64,000 nucleotides of DNA from an uncultured bacterium (GCA_963848965.1 CAWKFG010000004.1:384001-448000), one strand, 5' to 3'. Positions 49,433-60,010 are shown, numbered from the stretch's first letter. Notes: generated from the letters alone by a model not told the origin. Program-made: numbers and translations.

Positions 49433-50575
49433 TTATTTCTTTGTAACGACAAAATCTGGCGATTGACTACTAAGAAGTATCAACTTTTTATCTTTTAAAT
49501 AGTAATCAAAAAAGTCTACAAGTAAAGCACGAGTGATTTCAATGCCCTTAAGAGGATTCTTTCCATTTTTGAAAAGAGGGCTTTTGATGAGTTTTGAATC
49601 GACAAAAGTTGCATGGTCAGCATTTTTTACCGTTACATAAAAAGAATTATCTTTTAATTGATCAAAAACTTCTTTTGAGCGTCTTCCTAGCAAGCTATCA
49701 AATTGTTCTATGGTAAGCCCTGCATGGAGAGCTTCTTTATGCGTTAGCAGTTTTTCCGCTACAACGAATAAACTTGGTGTTTCAAAGGGCTTATCCCAGT
49801 TTGATCCAAATAACATGCCATCAAGATTTACCATGGCCTTAAAATCATTATTTTGTCGCACAGCTTCAGTTGCCGTGCTGCCGCCAAATGAATGGCCAAA
49901 TATGCCCATGCGCGGGAAGTCAAGTGATTTTGTTAATGGTTGATTGCGCAACCAATAGAGAACAAATTCAATATCTTTAAGCCATATTTCTTGAGCCATA
50001 TCAAATGTTTGCAAGCACGATCGCTCTTTGTTGGAAAATACATTCGCAAGTTCTGGCAAAATTTCTGGGCTAGACCCATCAGGGAACATTACTGGCCAAC
50101 AGGCATCGGTATGGTTAATTGCAACCACAACGTATCCATGACTAGCCATTTCTTCAATCAAAGATGAATATAATTGTGCTGCCATAAAAAAACCATGAGA
50201 GAAAAATAGCACGGGAAAGGGAGAATTCTCTTCATCGATTGGAGTATCTGGCATGGCCCAATCGCTGATCCTATCTAAATACTCTAGATCTTCTGGTAAT
50301 ATATTAGAGGTATGAACAAGCTTCTCTTTGTAGAGATGCATAGTATCAGAAAGATAGGGAGGATATTCTTTTTGTATTTCTATGGCTGGATAATAAAGTT
50401 GTACCAAAAGGGGACGATTTTTTTCATTGTTATAATAGCGAGATATATCTTTTAAAAAATGAGTCCTCACACCAACGTTATAGGAACCTGTTGGCCGAGG
50501 TAATTGAATTTTCTCTTGTACCATTATGTAAGCTCCAAATGATAAGGTTAATGCATAATAGTGTAGTATCTGCAT
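49433..50575 (-). CDS. Alpha/beta hydrolase, PAF-acetylhydrolase-like
   Basis: LPRPTG.Y.VG, FSHG, ASHGYVV, GHSFGG, NLDG. Confidence 0.87.
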   Translation of the reverse strand: MQILHYYALTLSFGAYIMVQEKIQLPRPTGSYNVGVRTHFLKDISRYYNNEKNRPLLVQLYYPAIEIQKEYPPYLSDTMHLYKEKLVHTSNILPEDLEYLDRISDWAMPDTPIDEENSPFPVLFFSHGFFMAAQLYSSLIEEMASHGYVVVAINHTDACWPVMFPDGSSPEILPELANVFSNKERSCLQTFDMAQEIWLKDIEFVLYWLRNQPLTKSLDFPRMGIFGHSFGGSTATEAVRQNNDFKAMVNLDGMLFGSNWDKPFETPSLFVVAEKLLTHKEALHAGLTIEQFDSLLGRRSKEVFDQLKDNSFYVTVKNADHATFVDSKLIKSPLFKNGKNPLKGIEITRALLVDFFDYYLKDKKLILLSSQSPDFVVTKK

Positions 50576-50786
50576 TTCGAAAAAACGTGAGTAACTGAAT
50601 AGGGTGACCGTGATCTAAAGAGAAGGCCGCAGATAAAGCAAAGTCATCCTTATTATTCTAACCCAAGGCTGCAGGTATTACAAGATCTCGCGCAGCGCTC
50701 TATTGGGTTTTGCTTTTTTGGGGATTTTGCCTGTTCGCCATATGCCCCAAGAACATTCCTCTATTAATAAAGAGAGCACACTATGG

Positions 50787-51083
50787 TTAAAAGCACGAGA
50801 GTTTGATCCTCGCGATATTGGCCAACTTAACTTCTATATATCAGCAGTTGATGATTTAGTACGTAATTCAGAAGATAAACCAACTATAGGCTTACTCCTA
50901 TGTAAAACAAAACGAAACTTTACTGCTGAATATGCTCTACGAAACATAAACTCTCCTATTGGAATTGCTCAATATACTACTCTAACGGAAAAACTACCAA
51001 AAGAACTCAAAGGAAGTCTTTCAACAATTGAAGAAATTGAAGCTGAGCTTGAAAAGCAAGAGATTTTACTAGAAAAAGAATAG
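50787..51083 (+). pseudogene. 3' fragment of a DUF1016/YhcG PD-(D/E)XK gene
   Basis: LKAREFDPRDIGQLNFY...IGLLLCK; near-copy of 62813-63109; 5' part absent. Confidence 0.85.
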
Positions 51084-51228
51084 GACGAGCTTTAATATCT
51101 TAGTTAGAAACCAAGTAAATAAGCTAAAGATTTTATACTATAAGCTTGTGATATAAGTTTGTTCAAATCTTAACTTTGATATAATTATATGACTAATAAA
51201 ACTATCTGATCAAGGTTCTAAAGAAGAC

Positions 51229-51277
51229 TGGTGTCTCCTGCTATACATGTTTCGGAACCGTGAGCTACTCTTTGAGG
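51229..51277 (+). repeat. att-like repeat copy 1
   Basis: TGGTGTCTCCTGCTATACATGTTTCGGAACCG...TTTGAGG. Confidence 0.85.
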
Positions 51278-51376
51278 TCTATCTCACTAATATTCAAATC
51301 CCTGTAAATAACTGTCAGAGATGTTAAAGAGTCCCTAAACTAAAAATAGTAAAAGTAAGTATTTCATATAATCTTC

Positions 51377-51970
51377 TTAAATTTCTGCATGCTCAACCGA
51401 TTCAAATATAAAAATCTGGCGATCTGCATGCCAGGTAAAGGTGGAAATTGATTCATTGGTTAATGCCGGCAATTCAGCTACATCATACCCTAAATGAGTA
51501 AGTAATGAACCAAGCACGTACCCATGAGTCACCACAGCAACGTGCTGCCCTTCATGTTTTTGCGCGATTTTATTCAGATAGCTCATAACCCGTGCCACCA
51601 CCTGATCGCGCGGTTCAGCTTCAATTATTGCTGGCAAAGAGTCATAATGAAAAGGACCATACAGCGCGCGAAACTCTTTCAAAGTAAGTCCTTGGACTTT
51701 TCCAAAATGTCCTTCACGCAGATCAACGGTAAGAGTAATTTCTAATGAAAACAGTTCAGAAATCTCTTGCGCAGTTTGATGTGCTCTTTGCAAATCAGAT
51801 GAATAAAGCGCGCCAAGCGAAACTTGTTTTTTCTTGAGAAATTGTGCTACTTTTTGCGCCTGCGCTTTTCCGGTTGCATTAAGTGGAATATCTTCATGCC
51901 CTTGCATTTTACCAGCAAGATTCCAATCAGTTTGGCCATGGCGAATAAGCAATAATGTTGTTGAACTCAT
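51377..51970 (-). CDS. Histidine phosphatase family protein
   Basis: LIRHGQTDWN, SSDLQRA.QTA, LRE, VVTHG; start at MSST (ORF track starts at 52009). Confidence 0.92.
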   Translation of the reverse strand: MSSTTLLLIRHGQTDWNLAGKMQGHEDIPLNATGKAQAQKVAQFLKKKQVSLGALYSSDLQRAHQTAQEISELFSLEITLTVDLREGHFGKVQGLTLKEFRALYGPFHYDSLPAIIEAEPRDQVVARVMSYLNKIAQKHEGQHVAVVTHGYVLGSLLTHLGYDVAELPALTNESISTFTWHADRQIFIFESVEHAEI

Positions 51971-51989
51971 GGAAAATCCTAAGCAAACG

Positions 51990-52418
51990 TTAAGCCAACA
52001 TATAGTCAACGGAAAATTCTGGAAATACTTCCTTTATCTTTGAAAGCATTGCTAGTGTAGGATTACATTTGCCAGCTTCTAGCCTTTGATAACTCCATAT
52101 TTTGTCAAATCCCATACGCTTTGCCAATTCTTGTTGAGTAAGGTTATGAGACATTCTGAAATATCGTATAAGAAATGAAAAGGCTATATTTGGATCTACC
52201 GGAACTTCTACAACACTTTTTGATGTCTTTATAGAAGCATCAGGAAATGGCGCTAAGTCTTTAGAATTCTCTGGTTCTTCTATATAAAGGTTTAAAGCTT
52301 CCTTCATATTAGCATAAAGCTCTTCCAAGCTATCTGCTTGCGTAACACAACCTTCTAATTCCAAGCAATGTGCCCAAAAGCCTTTTCCTTCTTTATGAAT
52401 TTTGAAATGATACTTCAT
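51990..52418 (-). CDS. hicB: HicB antitoxin with C-terminal XRE HTH
   Basis: LEGCVTQADSLEE...EAL; LTQQELAKRMG..YQRLE. Confidence 0.88.
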   Translation of the reverse strand: MKYHFKIHKEGKGFWAHCLELEGCVTQADSLEELYANMKEALNLYIEEPENSKDLAPFPDASIKTSKSVVEVPVDPNIAFSFLIRYFRMSHNLTQQELAKRMGFDKIWSYQRLEAGKCNPTLAMLSKIKEVFPEFSVDYMLA

Positions 52419-52428
52419 GATTAGTTCC

Positions 52429-52613
52429 TTATTGAGCTGATTTTAATAATTTTCTAAGGTAATGTTCTGTTCCTTTTGCTAATTCTTTATGGTTCGGGAT
52501 AATGGCTTGTTTACAGCCCTTCTTTTTGAGCTTAATATGACTTCCTACTTGTCCCTCAATTCATAGCCAGCCTTTAAAAAAAGCTTAACCATATCCTTAC
52601 CACTAATTGGCAC
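52429..52613 (-). pseudogene. hicA: Frameshifted HicA toxin
   Basis: GGAGG RBS, GTG start MPISGKDMVKLFLKAGYEL, then a frame change to GQVGSHIKLKK...IIPNHKELAKGT. Confidence 0.8.
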
Positions 52614-53018
52614 AAGTCCTCCTTTAATTAATAGTATAATTCTACCAAGTTTAATTGGCATTTGTCAAGGAGTTTAAATATGATATGACAAACTATCCTA
52701 AGACAATATTCGTCTATCTGCCTTCACTCGTCTATTTGTAGAAAAAGCAACTTCACAAATTTATGATGCAATAGAAAGCAATCCAAGGTAGCATATATAA
52801 CAAAACGCCAACATCTTATTGCTTGGATCATAGACACTACTAGGATGCTAACACGGATGCACTAGGACGCCACAGTACATCCTAGTGAATTACCAGGCAA
52901 CAAACTAAAGATAAAATTTTCTATAGCAGTTAGAGCTATGCTATAAGTTTGTTCAAATCACGATTTTGGTATAAATTTATAACAAATATATCGATATATT
53001 AACGATTCTTGAGAATAT

Positions 53019-53065
53019 TGGTGTCCCTTGCTTACATGTTTCGGAACCGGGAACTTGAATATGAG
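53019..53065 (+). repeat. att-like repeat copy 2
   Basis: TGGTGTCCCTTGCT-TACATGTTTCGGAACCGGGAACTTGAATATGAG. Confidence 0.85.
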
Positions 53066-53151
53066 CCAAACATATACAGCAGCTTGGAATCATTCTACTC
53101 ATCGCTTAGCATTTAGACTAATAGTTGCTAACACTTAGAGGTTTATCTATC

Positions 53152-53279
53152 AACGCTTGCACTATATCAATAAGTTTTTTACTCTTGAGAAAGTTACTCA
53201 GCAGACTATACTAGGCTATATAAAACTTTTATGACCTAAACTATGGACTTATAATTTTATGGTAAAGATTAAAAAAGCA
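53152..53279 (+). pseudogene. 5' remnant (upstream region and first codons) of a DUF1016 gene
   Basis: ATGGTAAAGATTAAAAAAGCA at 53259 is identical to the start at 59691; upstream ACGCTTGCA.TATATC.ATAA.TTTTTTAC is also shared. Confidence 0.7.
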
Positions 53280-53391
53280 AAACCAAAATCCACGATCTCA
53301 CTTACGTTAGCTATGGGAATATAGCAAAGTCACCTTTCATAATGAAAAGCATATACTATCATAATTAATTTAACCCTATTGAGAAGCGATT

Positions 53392-53727
53392 ATGACTATT
53401 ACATACAAACAATTTGAGGATGTAGATATTAGAGTAGGTACTATCGTAAACGTTCAGGATTTTCCCGAAGCACGTAAGCCTGCCTATAAACTCTCTATCG
53501 ATTTTGGCAAATCCATTGGTATCAAAAGATCCTCTGCTCAAATAACACATCATTATACGAAAGAGCAACTGTTAGGGAAGCAAGTTTTAGCTGTCGTTAA
53601 TTTTCCTCCTCGCCAAATTGGTCCTTTTATGTCAGAAGTACTAACGCTGGGCTTACCTGACGAATCCGGTAATGTGGTACTTATTCAACCAACATTGACA
53701 ATTCCCAATGGAGGTAAACTTTTTTAA
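53392..53727 (+). CDS. csaA: CsaA / Trbp111-type tRNA-binding protein
   Basis: DIRVGTI, FPEARKPAYKL, SSAQIT, VVNFPPRQIG..MSEVL. Confidence 0.92.
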   Translation: MTITYKQFEDVDIRVGTIVNVQDFPEARKPAYKLSIDFGKSIGIKRSSAQITHHYTKEQLLGKQVLAVVNFPPRQIGPFMSEVLTLGLPDESGNVVLIQPTLTIPNGGKLF

Positions 53728-53776
53728 AAGCTAGAGATTATTAAAGCCCCTTATTCCTTATATAAGAAAAAATTTA

Positions 53777-54283
53777 TTACTGCGATACCGTCGTATCGAT
53801 TGACGTATGCTCTAAATTGGCGCCTTGAAGATTCAGATTGATTAAAAAATTTACTATGCCTCGATTAAAATCTTGAACCATACTAACTCTTCCTCCAGGT
53901 AAAGAATCTCCCAATAATTGTATCACAAGTGCGCGAATCTTTGGAAAGTAATTAAATTTATTTGTTAACCTCACTGTATCATCTATACCTTTAATATATA
54001 AGCTGACTGCTTGTTCATTAGCTTCTGGAAGTATATCTGCTGGTTGCCATTCTGAGCTTAAGTTGAATCTTGTTGAGTGCCCAGATTTTAATAATTGCGG
54101 TCGCTTGAATTCAGTCGAGATTATATAATCGTTAGGTGTTTTATTAGAAACCTGTACAACAATATCAGGATATGCTCCTCTTAATGCAGCTATTACCTCT
54201 TTATCTGGTTCAGGCTCCATTCCTTTAATAGATAAAGGTAGAATATTTAGTAAACCAAAAATACATAAAAAAATTTTATTCAT
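53777..54283 (-). CDS. Secreted hypothetical protein
   Basis: AAGGA RBS; signal peptide then GME. Confidence 0.7.
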   Translation of the reverse strand: MNKIFLCIFGLLNILPLSIKGMEPEPDKEVIAALRGAYPDIVVQVSNKTPNDYIISTEFKRPQLLKSGHSTRFNLSSEWQPADILPEANEQAVSLYIKGIDDTVRLTNKFNYFPKIRALVIQLLGDSLPGGRVSMVQDFNRGIVNFLINLNLQGANLEHTSIDTTVSQ

Positions 54284-54452
54284 ATTGCATCCTTTTTATA
54301 AGCCCTATTAACAAATAAATATATATAATAAATTACAGATTAGTCAATATTAAACTAAATTTAATTATAAACCGTTGTCAGCAAAAGTTCTTGTTTAATT
54401 AACCCATATTTGATATAATGGGAAATATAATTATAAACGAAAGGATCTTATT

Positions 54453-54722
54453 ATGAAATCCATTTACGTAAAGGTTGATGAACGCAATCGTATAGCTTTA
54501 ACTAAGGCTACTAAAACTCCTTACAAAATTTACAAAATTCGCATGGAAGGCGAAACTATAATTCTCGAGCCAGTTATAGAGGCGCCAAAAGAGCAACATT
54601 GGTTATTTAAACCTGAGAATAAACATCTTTTGGCCCAACTTGAAGAGGGCTTAAAGCAAGAAGCTACCATATCTCGTGGTTCGTTTGCACAATATGCGAC
54701 TGACAATGAAGAAGATGAATGA
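54453..54722 (+). CDS. AbrB/MazE-like antitoxin
   Basis: VKVDERNRI.L, G.IILEP, E.HWLF; overlaps the toxin gene. Confidence 0.7.
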   Translation: MKSIYVKVDERNRIALTKATKTPYKIYKIRMEGETIILEPVIEAPKEQHWLFKPENKHLLAQLEEGLKQEATISRGSFAQYATDNEEDE

Positions 54723-55008
54723 AATACGCTTTTCTCCTCGAGCTGATAAAAACATGCAAGATTTGGAAGATGATCCATCCAAGGAAAGAATACTCAAAGA
54801 TGTTAAAAAAGCTCTAGGATTTATGGAAACTAACTTAAGGCATCCTTCATTGCAAACTCATGAATTTGATGAAATGACAGGTCCTAATGGAGAAAAAGTC
54901 TTTGAAGCTTATGCTCAAAATAAGACACCGGGAGCATATAGGATATTCTGGTATTATGGACCGGGAAAAAACGTTATATCAATCATTGCAATTTTACCAC
55001 ATCCTTAA
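54715..55008 (+). CDS. RelE/ParE-like toxin
   Basis: RHPSLQTH, VFEAY, AYRIFWYYG, ILPHP; start at MNEI (ORF track starts at 54676). Confidence 0.72.
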   Translation: MNEIRFSPRADKNMQDLEDDPSKERILKDVKKALGFMETNLRHPSLQTHEFDEMTGPNGEKVFEAYAQNKTPGAYRIFWYYGPGKNVISIIAILPHP

Positions 55009-55134
55009 TAGGAATTAACAGTCATCAAGCCAAGAGATCAGAAAAGACCATTTATATACTAAAAGTGTCTTAATTAGAGCTTTTGATACATTTTACACCG
55101 AGTATATCGATCTAGAAATGGTTCTAAAGCAAGC

Positions 55135-55182
55135 TGGTGTCCCCTGCTGTACATGTTTCGGAACCGTAAACTTGAATGTGAG
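55135..55182 (+). repeat. att-like repeat copy 3
   Basis: TGGTGTCCCCTGCTGTACATGTTTCGGAACCGTAAACTTGAATGTGAG. Confidence 0.87.
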
Positions 55183-55222
55183 ATTTGTTTAGATGACATT
55201 AAAGTAATTTTTGTACAACCTA

Positions 55223-56377
55223 TTAAACCTTAATCTCTTTTAATATATTAAGTCCCCAGGCTGTACTCTTTTCACTTAATGGGAAATGAATATTGCCTGG
55301 GAAAATTACATACAAATGATCCAGTCTCAAATCTTCAAGTGCTATATGCATAGATTTTGTCATTTTAGGTGTATCACTGTACTTAAATTCAAAGCCTAAA
55401 CGCTTTCCACTTTTAAAGACAAATAGATCCAGCTCTGCTTTATTAGAAGTTGACCAAAAATAACAATCATCTGCTCTTATTTGCAAACAATTAATAACTT
55501 GCTCTAAAGCAAAACCTTCCCATAATGCCCCAATTTTAGGGTTTTTTGCTAACTCTGTAAGAGTATGAATAGAGGATAAGGTATTAAAAATACCACTATC
55601 TCTAAAATAGATTTTAGGCGTTTTTACTTGTCGCTTTTTTATATTTTCAAACCAAGGCTGCAAAACACGTATCATAAAAGTGCCTGCCAATATATCTAAG
55701 TATTTTTTTATTGTTTTATCTGACAACATTAAAGAATGTGCAATCTCATGAGCATTAAAGTACTGCCCATGATAAAAACAAAGCATCATCCAAAAGCGAT
55801 GCATTATTTTTGAGGGAACATCAAAACCAAAGTTTGGTAGGTCTTTCTCTAGAAAAGTGTTGATATATCCTTCTCGCCATAAAAAACTATCTTCCTCTGA
55901 TTGAGCTAAATAAGATCTCGGAAATCCGCCACGGATGAGTAACTTATCTGAATGATCAACTTCAAAAATGGTAAATGGAGGCAGCTCTATGTAGCCAATT
56001 CTTCCAGCTAATGTTTCTGATGATTGATGTATTAATTCTCTTGATGCGCTTCCCAAAATCAAAAATGAGTATTTTTTTTCTGGATCATCAACAAGTACTC
56101 GTAAAACTGGAAAAAGGTCTGGTCTACGTTGAATTTCATCTATAACAACAAGAAAGTTTTCATACTTGCTTAATGTAAGCATTGGATTTTCTAAGCTTGC
56201 TAAATGGATAGGATTTTCTAAGTCAAAAAACTCAACCTTACCAGTATATTGCTCAGAAAATTGACGCGCTAGTGTTGTTTTTCCTACTTGACGTGCTCCC
56301 AGAATTGCACATATTGGTTGTACCCTTAAATGTCTTTTAACTTGCTCTAAATATATTTTTCTTAGCATATTTTCCAT
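55223..56377 (-). CDS. AAA_14 ATPase with DUF4143 domain
   Basis: GARQVGKTT, IDEIQ, LGSAS, ETLAGR, KTPKIYFRDSG, ELDL, EFK. Confidence 0.9.
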   Translation of the reverse strand: MENMLRKIYLEQVKRHLRVQPICAILGARQVGKTTLARQFSEQYTGKVEFFDLENPIHLASLENPMLTLSKYENFLVVIDEIQRRPDLFPVLRVLVDDPEKKYSFLILGSASRELIHQSSETLAGRIGYIELPPFTIFEVDHSDKLLIRGGFPRSYLAQSEEDSFLWREGYINTFLEKDLPNFGFDVPSKIMHRFWMMLCFYHGQYFNAHEIAHSLMLSDKTIKKYLDILAGTFMIRVLQPWFENIKKRQVKTPKIYFRDSGIFNTLSSIHTLTELAKNPKIGALWEGFALEQVINCLQIRADDCYFWSTSNKAELDLFVFKSGKRLGFEFKYSDTPKMTKSMHIALEDLRLDHLYVIFPGNIHFPLSEKSTAWGLNILKEIKV

Positions 56378-56465
56378 GCAAATTCGGAACTATAGTCCAA
56401 TATTACATGGAACTATAGCAAAAGTCAAATGACTAGAATAATCTACCAGACATTCCAAGAAAGGC

Positions 56466-56513
56466 TGCTATCCTCTGCTTGGCATATTTCGGAACCGAGA
56501 GCTTTTGTTTGAG
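56466..56513 (+). repeat. att-like repeat copy 4 (degenerate)
   Basis: TGCTATCCTCTGCTTGGCATATTTCGGAACCGAGAGCTTTTGTTTGAG. Confidence 0.75.
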
Positions 56514-56557
56514 ATTGATTTTAAAGAGATACAAGCACTTCTTGCTTTACCTTTTCA

Positions 56558-57289
56558 TTAAAATACCATTGTACTTCTTTTATCTTTATTAAGCTTGCTA
56601 AGATATGGCCTTAAGAATCTAATAAATTTTTTTTCATTTGCTATACCTTCTTGAGTATATAAATTAAAGTGTGCCAATGAACGTTCATCTGAATCAATAA
56701 CCAAAAGAGTAACCGGCCTTTGAGGTAGATTTACTAAAGAAAATAGTACCCAGTGGTCACCTACGGTTACAACAAAGTATATTGCTTGTGGCTCTCTCTT
56801 AACCATGGCCATCAGGCGATTAAGTTCTTTATGTAATAAGTCATCCAAGTCTAAAGAAGTCTCTTTAGAATCAAGCAATGTGATTTCGTCCTTCTTTGCT
56901 GTCAAACATATGAGCTTATTTCCAATACCATTTTTATCTGCAAGTCTTTGTATGTGATAGTCCCAAAGGCCCTTATCCTTTCCATACTGAGTATATAGTT
57001 TCTTAAGTGCTTTCTGGTTTCGTAAACCAATTTTTAACACTTCTTTAAAATTACGTGGAGTTTTAAGAGCCTTTTCTATTGCAAGTGCATGAAAAACAGC
57101 CCGCAATCCACAAGACCATTCATCAGCCTGAGCTAGATAATTGCGTATTTGAATTACATTATGCCTAGTAAATTGTTTAGTAACAGTTATTACAAGCGGC
57201 TTACTGAGGGAAATAATATAACTTAACGGCTTGGCCGCTATTTCTGCTATAACTATTAAAAGAGATAAAATAACTATTACACTATTCAT
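56558..57289 (-). CDS. Putative papain-fold cysteine protease (paralog 3)
   Basis: QADEWSCGLR...DHWVLF...LVIDS. Confidence 0.58.
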   Translation of the reverse strand: MNSVIVILSLLIVIAEIAAKPLSYIISLSKPLVITVTKQFTRHNVIQIRNYLAQADEWSCGLRAVFHALAIEKALKTPRNFKEVLKIGLRNQKALKKLYTQYGKDKGLWDYHIQRLADKNGIGNKLICLTAKKDEITLLDSKETSLDLDDLLHKELNRLMAMVKREPQAIYFVVTVGDHWVLFSLVNLPQRPVTLLVIDSDERSLAHFNLYTQEGIANEKKFIRFLRPYLSKLNKDKRSTMVF

Positions 57290-58016
57290 AATTATACCTT
57301 TGCCTTTAATAAATCACGCTTGCTTTGGCTCTTTGGTACTTTAAGAAAGCCTATAAACTGACAAAAAAATGGGTTTATTTACAAGATTTTAAGCTCTATT
57401 TCAAAAAAGGTTGGAATCTTTTGCGCTTGCTCAACTGCTAGAGCATGCAAGATGACATAGAGGTCACAAAACTAATTATCGTCTTGTGCTAACCTATAGC
57501 ATATGCGTTCAACATATTTTCTTCGTAATTTATTAAATAGGATAATAACAAAAGTATTAGCAAACTCAAACGCTTGGCTTATTCTTAAATTTTAATTAAA
57601 ATAATCGATAAATTTAGCAAAAGCACTATTGAAAACATAGAGGGATAAACTTGCTTCTTAATTGGAGCTAACGGTTCTATTAACAACAATAATTTGGATG
57701 ATATAGAAGAGCATGCTTAAATTTTACGATTAACCCCGAAAAGAATAGTGGCTCCATAGGTTGGGTATTCTTTATCCCCATAAAAGTAAAACGATAAAAT
57801 CTTTCAATGGTGATGCTTGATGGACGAAAAACACCAATAGAAGACTCTAAATTAAGGAAGTCAAATAGCCATCCTTGAGATGGCAACGCCCATCAACCAC
57901 TGCATCTTGCAGCGCACGTTGATTTAGATTTTTATTTGCAAATAAAATTGACATCTATTTTAATATTAGTTACTATAAGTAAGGAATTTAATGTTTTTAT
58001 AATGTAAGGTCTAACT

Positions 58017-59438
58017 ATGAAGATGTATGCGAAATTTCTCGTAACTGTATGCAGCCTAATGGCTTTCAGTATAATTGCTATGGAGAAAACTGCCGATCAA
58101 AAGAGCAATTACCGCGGACTAGCCATATCAATGACTGATGAGGTGCTACTAAGTAAGAGTAAAAGCACCGATCGTGAATTTATCAACCTTATCCAAAATG
58201 CATATCCTGAGATGAATTACTTGACCTCACCAGCGCATGCAAGCCCTGAAGGTCAGGCTAGTGCTCATGAATCTTCTCCTTCAAAGCTTCTATTTGGGAA
58301 GCAACATATAGAGTATGATCGTACTATTGTTGGTATTCTTGCTTTAAAATGGGTACTTGTAGACGATTATGATCACTTTGTTGAAGGGCAGCCGGAACAT
58401 ATTAAATTAAAAAGAGAAAGCTTTAACGAGCTGCGCACCTTAACGCTCAAGGTCATTAAAAATGGTATGCTCAACGCTTTAGTAACCTCGCTGGTCATCA
58501 ACGATTTAGGTAAAATAATCTCTTTTGTTAAAGAGGTTGAAGGACGAACGGGAATGAGTGAAGTTGACCATGATAACATTTTATTTACGGCCTTATTAAA
58601 GTATCCAGAACTTATTCCTAGCTTTACTCATTTAACAAGTGACCAACAAAAAACGATTCTTAAAAGTCTTGGCGCCCAGTTTAATTTAGGTCAGTTTGTT
58701 CGAGCAGAGAATCTTCCTGCAAGTTTAAAGGGCTTACAAGGGCTTAGCCAAGAAGAGCTCGATTTTAACAATATCCATGTATTATACGACCTTGCTGGCG
58801 CACGAGGTCACATTTCAAGTCAAGGTTCATTATTATTAACTGAACCTGTTTATCAATCCTTTATTACTGCTTTTAAGGTGTTTAATGAGATTGCACCTAT
58901 AACATGTAACCAAGATTTAACGCATATATACAATGCTTATCTAGCTTTACGAGCACGATCTTTAAATAGTAAGGATTCACTTGCGATACCAGAAAGCCGA
59001 GCTTTAGTCCGTATTGCATGTATGGTAGGCTCTAGTAATGATGCTGAGTTTACTAAAGTAAAAGATGCTTTTAATAAGTTATCCTATAAAGAACAAAAGA
59101 TACTTATTGATGAGCTTAATAAGACAGGTATTAATGATGTAGGTATTTTGCTCTATTATGCGCCAGCTATTCTTACTAATGCACGATCTACATCTCCCCA
59201 AGATTCGGAGTATAGCCTCCAAGTTGGGCTAAGATACTTAGCCAAAGTCTTTAAATTAGCACGAGCTTCCATTGCCGATGGACAGCAAGGCAGAGTGTAT
59301 ACGGTAGATTGTGCAGCTTTGGCCCAGGCAATAAAGGTCCCTCAAGAACTTGGATACTGTACCCTTGAGCTTAAGCCTGTAAATAATGATGCTCAAGTGG
59401 TAGTGCATGCTAAGCTATTAGGCGCTCCCTATAATTAA
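58017..59438 (+). CDS. Secreted hypothetical protein, HD-like (possibly DUF6829-like)
   Basis: Signal peptide then AME; EYDRT, INDLGK, DHD, NLGQ..RAE, DLAGA.GH. Confidence 0.6.
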   Translation: MKMYAKFLVTVCSLMAFSIIAMEKTADQKSNYRGLAISMTDEVLLSKSKSTDREFINLIQNAYPEMNYLTSPAHASPEGQASAHESSPSKLLFGKQHIEYDRTIVGILALKWVLVDDYDHFVEGQPEHIKLKRESFNELRTLTLKVIKNGMLNALVTSLVINDLGKIISFVKEVEGRTGMSEVDHDNILFTALLKYPELIPSFTHLTSDQQKTILKSLGAQFNLGQFVRAENLPASLKGLQGLSQEELDFNNIHVLYDLAGARGHISSQGSLLLTEPVYQSFITAFKVFNEIAPITCNQDLTHIYNAYLALRARSLNSKDSLAIPESRALVRIACMVGSSNDAEFTKVKDAFNKLSYKEQKILIDELNKTGINDVGILLYYAPAILTNARSTSPQDSEYSLQVGLRYLAKVFKLARASIADGQQGRVYTVDCAALAQAIKVPQELGYCTLELKPVNNDAQVVVHAKLLGAPYN

Positions 59439-59494
59439 GCCTTATCCTTTGGTCTTATTTCTATCTAAAGCTTGAGCCCTTAGCAAAAGCCCTA

Positions 59495-59520
59495 TCAGAA
59501 CCGAGAACTTGAATTTGAGG
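59495..59520 (+). repeat. att-like repeat copy 5 (3' half only)
   Basis: TCAGAACCGAGAACTTGAATTTGAGG. Confidence 0.65.
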
Positions 59521-60010
59521 TTACCCTTCATAACGATCTTGAAGCTTTCCTAACCCTTATTCAGGCTAGAATGGTAAATACTTAACGCTATATCCGAACT
59601 CCTGATACGTACGCTTGCAATATATCTATAATTTTTTTACGCTTAAATAAACATCTGACAGACTTTTATTAGGCTAATAAAGCTATTCCTATGGTAAAGA
59701 TTAAAAAAGCACAATTATCAAGTAATAAAGATTTAGGTTCCTTGCTTAATGAGGATTACTTTCAGACCTTGGAGGATCTCAAACAAAAGATCAGGCAAGC
59801 TCAACTGAGAGCATCCCTGTCCGTGAACTTAGAACTTATTAAGCTTTACTAGGAAATCGGCCACACTATTGTCCAAAAGCAAGAAAGCAACGGTTGGGGT
59901 GCCAAGATCATCGATAGTTTTGCTAAGGATTTGCAGGCAGCTTTCCCCGGAATTGAAGGATTTTCCTGCACTAATATCTTCTATATGAGAGCCTTTTATC
60001 TATCTTGTGA

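Noticed and set aside
50703..50786. N-terminus of the 126-aa ORF
   Set aside because: Similarity to DUF1016 begins only at 50787; the upstream codons look like a chance open frame
57405..57414. Second target for the IscB guide (AAAAGGTTGG)
   Set aside because: Only 10 nt match in AT-rich DNA and it is not followed by ATGA
57680..57886. 68-aa ORF
   Set aside because: No RBS or motif seen; could be a gene remnant but cannot be supported
59850..59852. In-frame TAG as a sign of stop-codon reassignment
   Set aside because: TAG ends normal genes here (e.g. ftsI at 8796); a single TGG-to-TAG change explains it
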